64,000 nucleotides of DNA, from the NCBI GenBank assembly GCA_016721825.1, contig JADKHI010000001.1, positions 1,294,808-1,358,807 of the forward strand. Reading direction: 5' to 3'. The stretch comes from Flavobacteriales bacterium (GTDB lineage Bacteria > Bacteroidota > Bacteroidia > Flavobacteriales_F > PHOS-HE28). The notes beneath the pieces were generated by a model that ran no database searches, was not told where the DNA came from, and saw only the letters and a list, made by a program, of their open reading frames with translations. The translations under genes and the position numbers were made by a program. Of the stretch, positions 45,307 to 53,353 are shown one piece after another. Numbering within the stretch: the first letter of the stretch is position 1; each line of letters opens with the position of its first letter.

Positions 45307-45795
45307 CAGGGGCAGGGCCAGGACCAGGGGCATTGAACCTCCGTATCATTTCGTCCGCTTTAGCTTTCGTGAAAACGAACCAACAATGGCAGGCTTCAAG
45401 GACATGTCCATCTACAAGAAAGCGTTCGAAATGGCACGCATGGTGTTCACACTGAGCAAACGCTTTCCGAGCGAAGAGAAGTTCTCACTTACCGATCAGG
45501 TGCGGCGTTCGTCGAGATCGGTGACCGCTCAATACGCCGAGGGCTATCGCAAGAAGCGCTACCCGGCCCATTTCATTTCAAAGATGACCGATGCGGACGG
45601 CGAGAACGCCGAAACGCAAGTGTGGTTAGACCATGCCGTGGCCTGTGGCTACGTCACAGAGAATGATATCGCCCCCATCCTCAAAGTCTCCGAAGAAGTT
45701 GGACGCATGCTTGGGGACATGATCGAGAACCCCGAGAAATACGTTGGCAAGCGGCCCTAAAGGGATCACTTGCCCCTGCGCCTGCTCCTGCCCCT
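45307..45795 (+). mobile_element. Candidate cassette: four-helix-bundle gene bracketed by about 25-bp imperfect inverted repeats of the GGCAGG module
   Basis: The left end is AGGGGCAGGGCCAGGACCAGGGGCA (45308-45332). The reverse complement of the right end (45771-45795) is AGGGGCAGGAGCAGGCGCAGGGGCA, a 21/25 match. The cassette fills the whole gap between the kinase stop (45305) and the hemW start (45800). Its interior is less GC-rich than the flanks. Confidence 0.4.
45386..45760 (+). CDS. Four-helix-bundle protein (23S rRNA intervening-sequence protein family; Avd-like fold)
   Basis: MAGFKDMSIYKKAFEMARMVFTLSKRFPSEEKFSLTDQVRRSSRSVTAQYAEGYRKKRY...ETQVWLDHAVACGY matches the conserved pattern of this family. 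Confidence 0.8.
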   Translation: MAGFKDMSIYKKAFEMARMVFTLSKRFPSEEKFSLTDQVRRSSRSVTAQYAEGYRKKRYPAHFISKMTDADGENAETQVWLDHAVACGYVTENDIAPILKVSEEVGRMLGDMIENPEKYVGKRP

Positions 45796-45799
45796 AACT

Positions 45800-46924
45800 A
45801 TGTCCGGCCTGTATCTCCATATCCCCTTCTGCCGGAAGGCCTGCACGTACTGTGACTTCCACTTCAGCACGTCACTGCAGACCAAGCCCGCAGTGCTGGA
45901 GGCGATGCACGCCGAGCTGGCCCAACGCGCTGCAGAACTCAACGGCGCTACTGTCGAGACCATCTACTTCGGCGGCGGCACACCGAGCCAGCTAACCGAC
46001 GCGGAACTGAAGGCATTCATCGACCAAGCACGAACGCTCTTCACCCTAACGCCCGATGCGGAGGTGACGATGGAAGTGAATCCGGATGACGTGGATGCGG
46101 AACAGCTGGCGGTCTGGAAGTCCATCGGCATCACACGCCTCAGCATCGGTGTGCAGAGCTTTCGCGAAGAGCGCTTGCAGTTCATGGGCCGCGCGCACGA
46201 TGCCGCGCAAAGCCGCGAGAGCCTGCGCCTGATCAGCGCCGCCGGGTTCGCGTCGTGGACGATGGACCTGATCTACGGGCTGCCGGGCATGACCATGGAC
46301 GAGTGGAACGAACAGCTCGACACCGCCCTCTCCTTCGCGCCGCCGCACATCAGCGCCTACTGCCTTACGGTGGAAAGCAAAACCGCGCTGGACCACCAGG
46401 TGAGCAAGGGCCTCGTGACCATGCCCGGTGATGCGGACCAGGCCGCGCAGTTCGAACGCTTGATCGAACGTCTGGAAGGCGCCGGATACGTGCAGTACGA
46501 GATCAGCAACTTCGGCCAACCGGGCCACTTCAGCCGCCACAACAGCAGCTACTGGAAAGGGGTGCCTTATCTAGGCATCGGCCCTTCCGCGCACTCGTAC
46601 AACGGCACCAAGCGCCGCTGGAACGTGTCCCACAACCTGCGCTACGCCCAGGGCATCAGCGCCGGAACGACCTACTGGGAAGAAGAGACCCTGACACCCG
46701 TGCAGGTCACCAACGAAGCCCTGCTCACCGGCCTGCGCACCAGCTGGGGCGTGGACCTGTCAGCGCTGCCTTTGGACCTGCTGGAGGCCCGTTCACCGAC
46801 CGTGGTGCATTATCGGTCGCAGGGGCTGTTGGAGCACAGCGATGGGCGGTTAGTTTTGACAAAGGCGGGGCGTGCCTTCGCGGATCGCATCGCCAGCGAC
46901 CTGTTCCTCACCGATGATCGCTGA
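45800..46924 (+). CDS. hemW: Radical SAM family heme chaperone HemW
   Basis: MSGLYLHIPFCRKACTYCDFHF carries the CxxxCxxC radical SAM motif. Also IYFGGGTPS and the HemN-like C-terminal domain. Confidence 0.9.
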   Translation: MSGLYLHIPFCRKACTYCDFHFSTSLQTKPAVLEAMHAELAQRAAELNGATVETIYFGGGTPSQLTDAELKAFIDQARTLFTLTPDAEVTMEVNPDDVDAEQLAVWKSIGITRLSIGVQSFREERLQFMGRAHDAAQSRESLRLISAAGFASWTMDLIYGLPGMTMDEWNEQLDTALSFAPPHISAYCLTVESKTALDHQVSKGLVTMPGDADQAAQFERLIERLEGAGYVQYEISNFGQPGHFSRHNSSYWKGVPYLGIGPSAHSYNGTKRRWNVSHNLRYAQGISAGTTYWEEETLTPVQVTNEALLTGLRTSWGVDLSALPLDLLEARSPTVVHYRSQGLLEHSDGRLVLTKAGRAFADRIASDLFLTDDR

Positions 46925-47675
46925 GATCACCCACCACGGCCAGCAGTTCCGCGTGGACCTGTCCAAGCCCATCGACCTGTCGGTGCCCTTGGCCGCGGGC
47001 GAAGGCCACATGCGCGCCTGGTACGTGGACCCGGTGACCATGGAGCCCGTGCGCGATGGCGACAAGGTGTACGCGATCAAGGACGGTGCGCCGGTCAACT
47101 TCCGCAACATCTTCTTCAACCCGCACGGCCACGGCACGCACACCGAGAGCGTCGGCCACATCACGCCGGACATCGAGCCGGTGGGCAACCTGCTGAAGCG
47201 CTACTTCTTCATCGCCCAGCTGATCACCATACGCCCCGAGGAACGCCGCGCCCCCGACGGCAAGGTGGACACCGTGATCACGCTCGAACAACTGCGCGGC
47301 GCCATCGACGAGAAGCCGCCCGAGGCCGTGGTCCTTCGCACGACCGCCACTGCAGCCACTAAGTCCACCCGCAACTGGAGCGGCACCAACGCCACCTACT
47401 TGCAGAGCACCGCCACCGCCTGGCTCCGCAGCATCGGCGTGCGCCACCTGCTGGTGGACCTGCCCAGCGTGGACCGCGAGGAGGACGGCGGCACCCTGGC
47501 CGCGCACCACGCCTTCTGGGATTTCCCCAACACCATCGACCTCACCCGCACCATCAGCGAAATGATCGTGGTGCCCGACGAAGCGCGCGACGGCCGCTAC
47601 CTGCTGGAGCTGCAACTGCCGCACTTCATCAACGACGCGGCGCCGAGCCGGCCGGTGTTGTATGCGATGGTGTGA
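46914..47675 (+). CDS. Cyclase family protein (arylformamidase-like)
   Basis: FNPHGHGTHTESVGHIT resembles the HxGTHxDxPxH metal motif. The ORF overlaps the hemW end by 11 nt. Confidence 0.65.
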   Translation: MIAEITHHGQQFRVDLSKPIDLSVPLAAGEGHMRAWYVDPVTMEPVRDGDKVYAIKDGAPVNFRNIFFNPHGHGTHTESVGHITPDIEPVGNLLKRYFFIAQLITIRPEERRAPDGKVDTVITLEQLRGAIDEKPPEAVVLRTTATAATKSTRNWSGTNATYLQSTATAWLRSIGVRHLLVDLPSVDREEDGGTLAAHHAFWDFPNTIDLTRTISEMIVVPDEARDGRYLLELQLPHFINDAAPSRPVLYAMV

Positions 47676-48025
47676 TGGACCTCGAACGCTTCCGCCAGTT
47701 CTGCCTCACCAAGCCGGGAGTCACCGAAGAAACACCTTTCGGTCCGGATGTGCTCGTGTTCAAGGTGGCCGGTAAGATGTTCGCACTGGCGCCCTTGGAG
47801 TTCTTCGCAAGCGTGAACCTGAAGTGCGATCCCGAACACGCCGTGGAGCTCCGCGCTGAATACCCGGGCATCACGCCGGGCTACCACATGAGCAAGGTGC
47901 ACTGGAACACCGTGAGCTGCGATGGCACCGTGCCCGACCGGTTGATCCTGGAGCTCACCACGCACAGCTACGAGCTGGTGAAGGCTGCGCTGCCGAAGAA
48001 GGTGCGCGAGGCGTTGGGGGAGTGA
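47672..48025 (+). CDS. MmcQ/YjbR family DNA-binding protein
   Basis: MDLERFRQFCLTKPGVTEETPFGPDVLVFKVAGKMFAL...GYHMSKVHWNTV is typical of the family. The start overlaps the previous stop (ATGA). Confidence 0.8.
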   Translation: MMDLERFRQFCLTKPGVTEETPFGPDVLVFKVAGKMFALAPLEFFASVNLKCDPEHAVELRAEYPGITPGYHMSKVHWNTVSCDGTVPDRLILELTTHSYELVKAALPKKVREALGE

Positions 48026-48049
48026 GCTGTTCGCGCTGGTAGGATCTTC

Positions 48050-48229
48050 AGCGAAGCCCATGCTTCCTATCATCCCCCGCGCCCTAGCGAGGGGGTGGAG
48101 GGGGAGCCCACAACGCAGGGGCTTCGCTACGATGCTCTTCAAGGTGCGGATCGCGCTTCTGCTCCCCCTCCGCCCCCTCGTTGTTCCTCCCTGCGGTCGG
48201 ACGCGGGGGATGGAACGAAGCGATCCGCA
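48050..48229 (+). other. Dense set of interleaved inverted repeats (candidate structured RNA or palindromic element)
   Basis: There are four complementary pairs of at least 10 nt. Pair one: 48088-48106 with 48162-48180 (19 nt, one T-G position). Pair two: 48072-48081 with 48202-48211. Pair three: 48050-48059 with 48119-48128. Pair four: 48145-48154 with 48220-48229. Confidence 0.3.
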
Positions 48230-48482
48230 ATGCTCGGCACGGAGATCCGGCTTCGGATTCCTGCGCGCCAGCGGCTTAGGAGATGGCCACGTCGGGCCAG
48301 CTTTACTGGGATCTCTTGTGCCCTCCTCGCCAGGACGTGAGGAGGTCATGGGCGTCCCGCAGGCGCGAAGCTCCCGCCGCTGGCGCATGGATGGCACAGT
48401 CCTTCGCGGATGACACACCGACACATCTCCGATCACCTTCCCCACCGCAAGTACCTTTGGCCCTCGCTCGCTCCCTACGCCC

Positions 48483-49052
48483 ATGAACCCCCGTCCTTTC
48501 GGCCGCCTGTTGCTCGGCTACTTCTTCCGCGGTCTGCTGCTGGTGGTCCCTGTGGCCATCCTGATCTACGTACTGTACCAGACCCTCACCTACCTCGACG
48601 GGCTGATCCCCATCGAGATCCCGGGACTTGGTCTGCTCACGCTGCTGGTCGGGCTCACGATCTTCGGCTGGTTGGGCAGCACCTTCCTCTACGCCCCCAT
48701 CGCGGACTTTGGCGAGGAGGTGCTGAAACGCATCCCCTTCCTCAAGACCATCTATGACGCGCTGAAGGACCTGATGGAGGCGCTGGTTGGCAGCAAGAAG
48801 AAGTTCGACCGGCCGGTGCTGGTGAAGATCGTGCAGGACTCCAGCCTTGAAAAGCTTGGCTTCATCACGGCGGACGACCTGAGCCACCTCGGCGTGGGCG
48901 CTGGGAAAGTGGCCGTCTACCTGCCCCACAGCTTCGCCTGGAGCGGCAACCTCTACATCGTGCCCGTGGAGAACGTGACCCCGCTGGACGCCAAGGCCGC
49001 CGAGGTGATGAAGTTCATTGTGAGCGGTGGTGTGGCCCACATGGACGAGTGA
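48483..49052 (+). CDS. DUF502 domain-containing membrane protein
   Basis: Two N-terminal TM helices are followed by RIPFLKTIYDALKDLMEAL...FDRPVLVKI, as in DUF502 proteins. Confidence 0.75.
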   Translation: MNPRPFGRLLLGYFFRGLLLVVPVAILIYVLYQTLTYLDGLIPIEIPGLGLLTLLVGLTIFGWLGSTFLYAPIADFGEEVLKRIPFLKTIYDALKDLMEALVGSKKKFDRPVLVKIVQDSSLEKLGFITADDLSHLGVGAGKVAVYLPHSFAWSGNLYIVPVENVTPLDAKAAEVMKFIVSGGVAHMDE

Positions 49053-49103
49053 CCCGGACGTCTTCGGCACGTCCATTGTTCAAGGCCCCGAACGCCACCG
49101 ACC

Positions 49104-49967
49104 ATGAGAACCCTGCTGACCCTTCTGCTCACGACACTGATCACCATCGCTTCGGCACAGACCGAAGTGGTGATGCGCAGCCACAAGTTCAGCAACGGTG
49201 TGCAACCCACCTTCAGCGTCAACTTCCCCGGTGCGGACAAGGCCTCGGTGGAAGCCTGGTTCGAGCGTGCCCTGAAAGGCATCAGCGATGAGGTGCGTGA
49301 CAAGAAGGAAGTTGTCGCCACCGGCGCGCGCATCCCGGCCGCTACAGGCGATACGCTCGCGGTCTTCCTCGCCGTGGAACAGCGCTCGAAAGGCGATGAT
49401 GCCGTCGTACACCTCGGCTTCCGCATCCAGAACGTGTTCATACACAGCGACAGCGAGCAGCGCCGGATCGATGGCTGTAAAGCCTGGGTGTACGAGCAAG
49501 CCGTGGCCTACAAGAAGGACCTGGCGAACAAGTCGCTCGATGAAGCCCTCAAGGTGAAGGCGCGCTTGAACAGTGAAATGGAGATGCTCCAGAAGGAACA
49601 GAAACGAGCCGAGCTGGCCATCGAACGCAACACCACACGCAGCGCCGAAGCCGTGACGGACAAGGCCAAAACCGAGCTCGACCTGAAACTCGCCGACGAG
49701 GATGTGCGCACCCACCAGGCCAGCAGCACCGCCAACCCCACGGACGAAGAGATCAAGCAGCTGAACGCCGCACTGAAAGAGCAACGCAAGTTGCAGGAGC
49801 GCATCACCAAGCTCACCAAGGAAGATTCCGACGCGCAGCAGAAGATCGTGGAGCTGAAGCAGGCGCTGGTGAAGAACGCCACCGATCAGGATGCAAAGAC
49901 GAAGGCGATCGCCGAACAGCAAGTCGTCGTGGAAACGCGAAGGAAGGTGCTGGATGAGGTGAAGTAG
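49104..49967 (+). CDS. Secreted hypothetical protein with a C-terminal coiled-coil
   Basis: Signal peptide MRTLLTLLLTTLITIASAQ. The C-terminal 150 aa are K/E/Q/A-rich heptad-like sequence. Confidence 0.65.
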   Translation: MRTLLTLLLTTLITIASAQTEVVMRSHKFSNGVQPTFSVNFPGADKASVEAWFERALKGISDEVRDKKEVVATGARIPAATGDTLAVFLAVEQRSKGDDAVVHLGFRIQNVFIHSDSEQRRIDGCKAWVYEQAVAYKKDLANKSLDEALKVKARLNSEMEMLQKEQKRAELAIERNTTRSAEAVTDKAKTELDLKLADEDVRTHQASSTANPTDEEIKQLNAALKEQRKLQERITKLTKEDSDAQQKIVELKQALVKNATDQDAKTKAIAEQQVVVETRRKVLDEVK

Positions 49968-50109
49968 GTCAGGAGGCAGGGGCAGAAGCAGGAGGCAGTG
50001 ATCTGGACAGCGAAGCCTTCGTCTTCAGCCGGCCACGAGCTGCGAGCCTTGAGCCCCGAGCTTCTTTTCGTTAGCAAGCTCCTATCAATTTCCGTGTTGA
50101 TCCGTGGTT
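49968..50109 (+). repeat. Mosaic intergenic repeat element, copy R6 (modules A-J-B-J-C)
   Basis: GTCAGGAGGCAGGGGCAGAAGCAGGAGGCAGTG (A). GGCCACGAGCTGCGAGCCTTGAGCCCCGAGCTT (B). TTCGTTAGCAAGCTCCTATC (J-like). TCCGTGTTGATCCGTGGTT (C). Confidence 0.75.
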
Positions 50110-50167
50110 CGTTCTTTGGCCATACATACTCTAGAGCGCTTCGGCCCATGGATCCTATCTTTCCGCC

Positions 50168-51079
50168 GTGCTACACTCCCGTCGCAACGCGCTGTTCCTG
50201 CTGCACTTCATCGTGTTCATCTGGGGCTTCACGGGCATTCTGGGAAAACTGATCGACCAGTCCACGTTGCACCTGGTGCTCACGCGCACCTGGATCGGCA
50301 TGGTGGGCCTGGTGGCCGTGGCCCTGTGGATGGGCAAGAGCCTGAGCCCGAACACGCCGGACCTCAAGCACTACCTGCTCACCGGCGCGATCATCACCGC
50401 GCATTGGATCACCTTCTACGGCGCCATCAAGCTGAGCACGGCGAGCATCGCTGCGGCCTGTCTCAGCACCAGCACGGTCTTCACGGCCTTGCTGGAACCC
50501 TTCTGGTTCAAGCGGCGCATCCGGTCTTATGAGGTGGTGCTCGGCTCCATCGTGGTAGCCGCGCTGCTGTTGATCTTCGGCCTGGAGACCAAGTTCCGCG
50601 TCGGCATCGCGGTGGCCACCCTGAGCGCCTTGTTCAGCGCGTGGTTCAACGTCATCAATGCTGTGCTCGTGAAACGCGATCACGCCATCCGCATCGGCTT
50701 CTACGAGATGCTCAGCGTGGTGCTGATCATCGGCGGCTACCTGCTGGTGACCAACGACCTGCCGCCGCTCTTCTGGGAACTTCCGACCAAGGACCTTGTC
50801 TACCAGCTGATCCTCGGCCTGGTCTGCACCAGCTTCGCCTTCGTGGCTGGCATCGCGGTAATGAAGCAGCTCAGCCCCTTCACCGTCATGCTCACCGTGA
50901 ACCTGGAACCCGTCTACACGATCATCATCGCGCTCATGATCTGGGGTGCGGAGGAACGGCTCACGCTCGGCTCCTACCTCGGCATCGCGCTGATCCTCGC
51001 CTGCCTGTTCGTGAACGGATGGCTCCAGCGCAAGCGACCCGATGAGGTGGTCGAGCCGGATCCGCTGGCGCAGGTCTAG
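50168..51079 (+). CDS. EamA/DMT superfamily transporter
   Basis: About ten hydrophobic helices, GTG start, FIVFIWGFTGILGKL. The two-EamA-repeat layout is typical of the family. Confidence 0.75.
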   Translation: MLHSRRNALFLLHFIVFIWGFTGILGKLIDQSTLHLVLTRTWIGMVGLVAVALWMGKSLSPNTPDLKHYLLTGAIITAHWITFYGAIKLSTASIAAACLSTSTVFTALLEPFWFKRRIRSYEVVLGSIVVAALLLIFGLETKFRVGIAVATLSALFSAWFNVINAVLVKRDHAIRIGFYEMLSVVLIIGGYLLVTNDLPPLFWELPTKDLVYQLILGLVCTSFAFVAGIAVMKQLSPFTVMLTVNLEPVYTIIIALMIWGAEERLTLGSYLGIALILACLFVNGWLQRKRPDEVVEPDPLAQV

Positions 51080-51116
51080 CGACCTCCGATCGACGCACCC
51101 GCCACTGGCCGATTGG

Positions 51117-52529
51117 TTACTTGGCGCTCCTGCCCTTCCCTAATTCCACGCGTTCATCGCCCTCCCGGAAGTCCACGTAGTTCACGAAGAACTGGAACAT
51201 CTCATCGGTGGTGCGCATGAAACGGCTGTCGGTGCCGACCACATCGCGCGGCGGCTTGTAGGGCTGATCCGGATTGTTCGCCGTGTTGTCGAAGGTGCCG
51301 AACACGTGGATCACCGAGCCCTTCTTCAATGGCAACATGCGTTCGAACGTGTAGGCGTACTGCCAACGGAAGTTCCATTGATTGATCCGCACCAAGGGCA
51401 CGGTGTCGTTCTGTGGCGTCACAGCGTACGCGAGGAATGCTTTCCCGAGCAAGTGCATGTGCGGGTTCACCGTCAGTACGCTGATGTCCTTGGGCAAGGT
51501 GTACTGCGTATGGAACGTTCCCACTTCACCTGCCTTCAAGCGCAACGGCGGTTCCACAGGCGTAACACCATTGGTGCCCAACTGCAATTCCTGCAAGGGG
51601 CGCTCGGGTGGCTTCGCTGCGAACCAGACCGCCACATGTGATCGGTCAACCGTATCGCGTGGCATCGGTCCGTAGTGCAACGAGTTCATCAGAAAGGTGC
51701 CTTTCCGTTTGAAGTAGTAGCCACCGATGCCTTCCGGATAGACGGTGGCCTCCATGCCGGGCAGGTAGTTCACCGCGCTGGGCACCATGGGCGGATAGGT
51801 CCCATCGTCGTTGGCCAGGCGCAACGCCGTGAATGCATCCAGGCTGCGCATCACTTCCGCGTCGATGTATTGTGCGCCAGTGAACACATCGGTCTTCGTC
51901 CCTTCGCCGTATTCGATCAGCGCACCGTTCATGTGGTGTACCGCGCGTCGGTTACCGGGCACGAAAGCGATGGCCCGGACGAAGGTGTCGCGAGGCAGTT
52001 CGTAAGGTGCCTTGGCAATGATGAAGTGATCCCGTCGATCGCCGGGTTGGTGGAAGGTGTCGGGCAACCACACTTCCAGGTCCGGCTCACCAAGACCATG
52101 GTGTGCGATCGGCGTTTCGGGTTCCGGCAAGGCGGACGTGTCGCCGGGCAATAGGCCTTGCCCCACCCACTTCGCGATCAGCGCGATCTGTCGTGCATCC
52201 AGTCGGCGCTCACCGAGGTAGCGCGCGTAGGTAGTGTCGGCAGGCCACGGAGGCATGTATCCTCGGCCAGTGACGTCCCGCACCATTCGACTTCGTTTCG
52301 CCACATCGGCGTAGGTGATCAGTGGGAACGGCCCCGCATGTCCGGCACGGTGGCACGGCAGGCAGTTCGTGCGAACGATCGGCGCGATGTGCTCCGCGAA
52401 GGTGACAGTGTCGGGTAGGGTGTACGTGGCAACGACGGCTTCCTCCGGTGCGGAAGGCCCCGCGCAACCAGCGACCACGATCATCATGGTCACCTGGAAC
52501 ACCATCGGGCCGCGCAGCCTACTTGCCAT
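51117..52529 (-). CDS. Lipoprotein with an N-terminal cytochrome-c-type heme-binding domain fused to a copper type II monooxygenase-like (PHM/DBH-like) region
   Basis: Start chosen at MASRLRGPMVFQVTMMIVVAGC (lipobox) so that it does not overlap the divergent gene. Heme-binding domain: HIAPIVRTNCLPCHRAGHAGPFPLITYADV...YMPPWPAD. His clusters: AVHHMNG and NPHMHLLGK. Confidence 0.6.
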   Translation of the reverse strand: MASRLRGPMVFQVTMMIVVAGCAGPSAPEEAVVATYTLPDTVTFAEHIAPIVRTNCLPCHRAGHAGPFPLITYADVAKRSRMVRDVTGRGYMPPWPADTTYARYLGERRLDARQIALIAKWVGQGLLPGDTSALPEPETPIAHHGLGEPDLEVWLPDTFHQPGDRRDHFIIAKAPYELPRDTFVRAIAFVPGNRRAVHHMNGALIEYGEGTKTDVFTGAQYIDAEVMRSLDAFTALRLANDDGTYPPMVPSAVNYLPGMEATVYPEGIGGYYFKRKGTFLMNSLHYGPMPRDTVDRSHVAVWFAAKPPERPLQELQLGTNGVTPVEPPLRLKAGEVGTFHTQYTLPKDISVLTVNPHMHLLGKAFLAYAVTPQNDTVPLVRINQWNFRWQYAYTFERMLPLKKGSVIHVFGTFDNTANNPDQPYKPPRDVVGTDSRFMRTTDEMFQFFVNYVDFREGDERVELGKGRSAK

Positions 52530-52569
52530 GGCGGCGAAGATACCCGCCCGTCCTCGCCATCTTTGCTCC

Positions 52570-53190
52570 ATGAAACGCACCGTCGGTCTTCTGCTCCTGC
52601 TGGGCGTGGCCCTGCTGGTGTTCTTCATCACCCGCGAGGTCTACAAGCCCGCTCCGCCAACCGAACACATCACCAGCGACGTGCTGCTGGAGCGCATCCG
52701 GCCCGTGATGAAGCTGGTGACCGCGGAAGGCGACTTCAGCGAGATCTACACTTACACGAACGCCGACGCCTCCTTCGACTGGTTGAAGCAGTTCTCTCCT
52801 TTTCAGAAGAAGGCCATCCTGCGCGTGAAGGCAAAGGTGAGCGTGGGCTACGACCTGGAAGGCATGGGCCTGGTGTTCGACGAGGCCACGCACACCGTGC
52901 GCTACAACGGCATGGGTAAGGCGCAGGTGCTGTCCATCCAGCACGATGTCGACTACTACGACCTGGAAGCCGGCACCTTCAACGAGTTCACTGCAGCGGA
53001 CCACACCAAGATCAACGCTCAGGCCAAGCAGTTCATCGAGAAGAAGATCGCCAGCAGCGGGCTGATGGAAGCGGCGGAAAAGCAGCAGGGCGAGTTCCTC
53101 GTGGTGCTCCGCGCCGTGGTTGAGAACGCCGGTTGGAACTTTGAGGACGGCGCTACACCGGTGGATGGACGGACACGGTTGAAACCCTGA
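52570..53190 (+). CDS. DUF4230 domain-containing protein
   Basis: Start at MKRTVGLLLLLGVALLVFFI (52570). VMKLVTAEGDFSEIYTY...AILRVKAKVSVGYDLEGM fits the DUF4230 pattern. Confidence 0.65.
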   Translation: MKRTVGLLLLLGVALLVFFITREVYKPAPPTEHITSDVLLERIRPVMKLVTAEGDFSEIYTYTNADASFDWLKQFSPFQKKAILRVKAKVSVGYDLEGMGLVFDEATHTVRYNGMGKAQVLSIQHDVDYYDLEAGTFNEFTAADHTKINAQAKQFIEKKIASSGLMEAAEKQQGEFLVVLRAVVENAGWNFEDGATPVDGRTRLKP

Positions 53191-53291
53191 TCAAGCTTCA
53201 AGTCACAAGGGACAGGTGACAAGGGTTCAATGGGGGTGCTCGGAGTTCAGTCCTTGAGACTTGGTACTTGACCCTTGCGCCTTGTCACTTG
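53191..53291. repeat. Two inverted CAAG-type (module E) arrays
   Basis: TCAAGCTTCAAGTCACAAGGGACAGGTGACAAGGGTTCAA lies at 53191-53230. CTTGAGACTTGGTACTTGACCCTTGCGCCTTGTCACTTG lies at 53253-53291. They are imperfectly complementary and the first begins directly after the stop at 53190. Confidence 0.7.
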
Positions 53292-53353
53292 CCCGCCTTC
53301 CTCAAGAACATTCCCCCATCTCCCCTGTTCCTACCTTCGTTCGTCAGTTCACC

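Noticed and set aside
35995-45760. The idea that the Avd-like four-helix-bundle gene and the variable paralogs form a diversity-generating retroelement.
   Set aside because: There is no reverse transcriptase and no template/variable repeat pair. The variable patch is N-terminal and its differences are not adenine-specific. The genes are also 6 kb apart.
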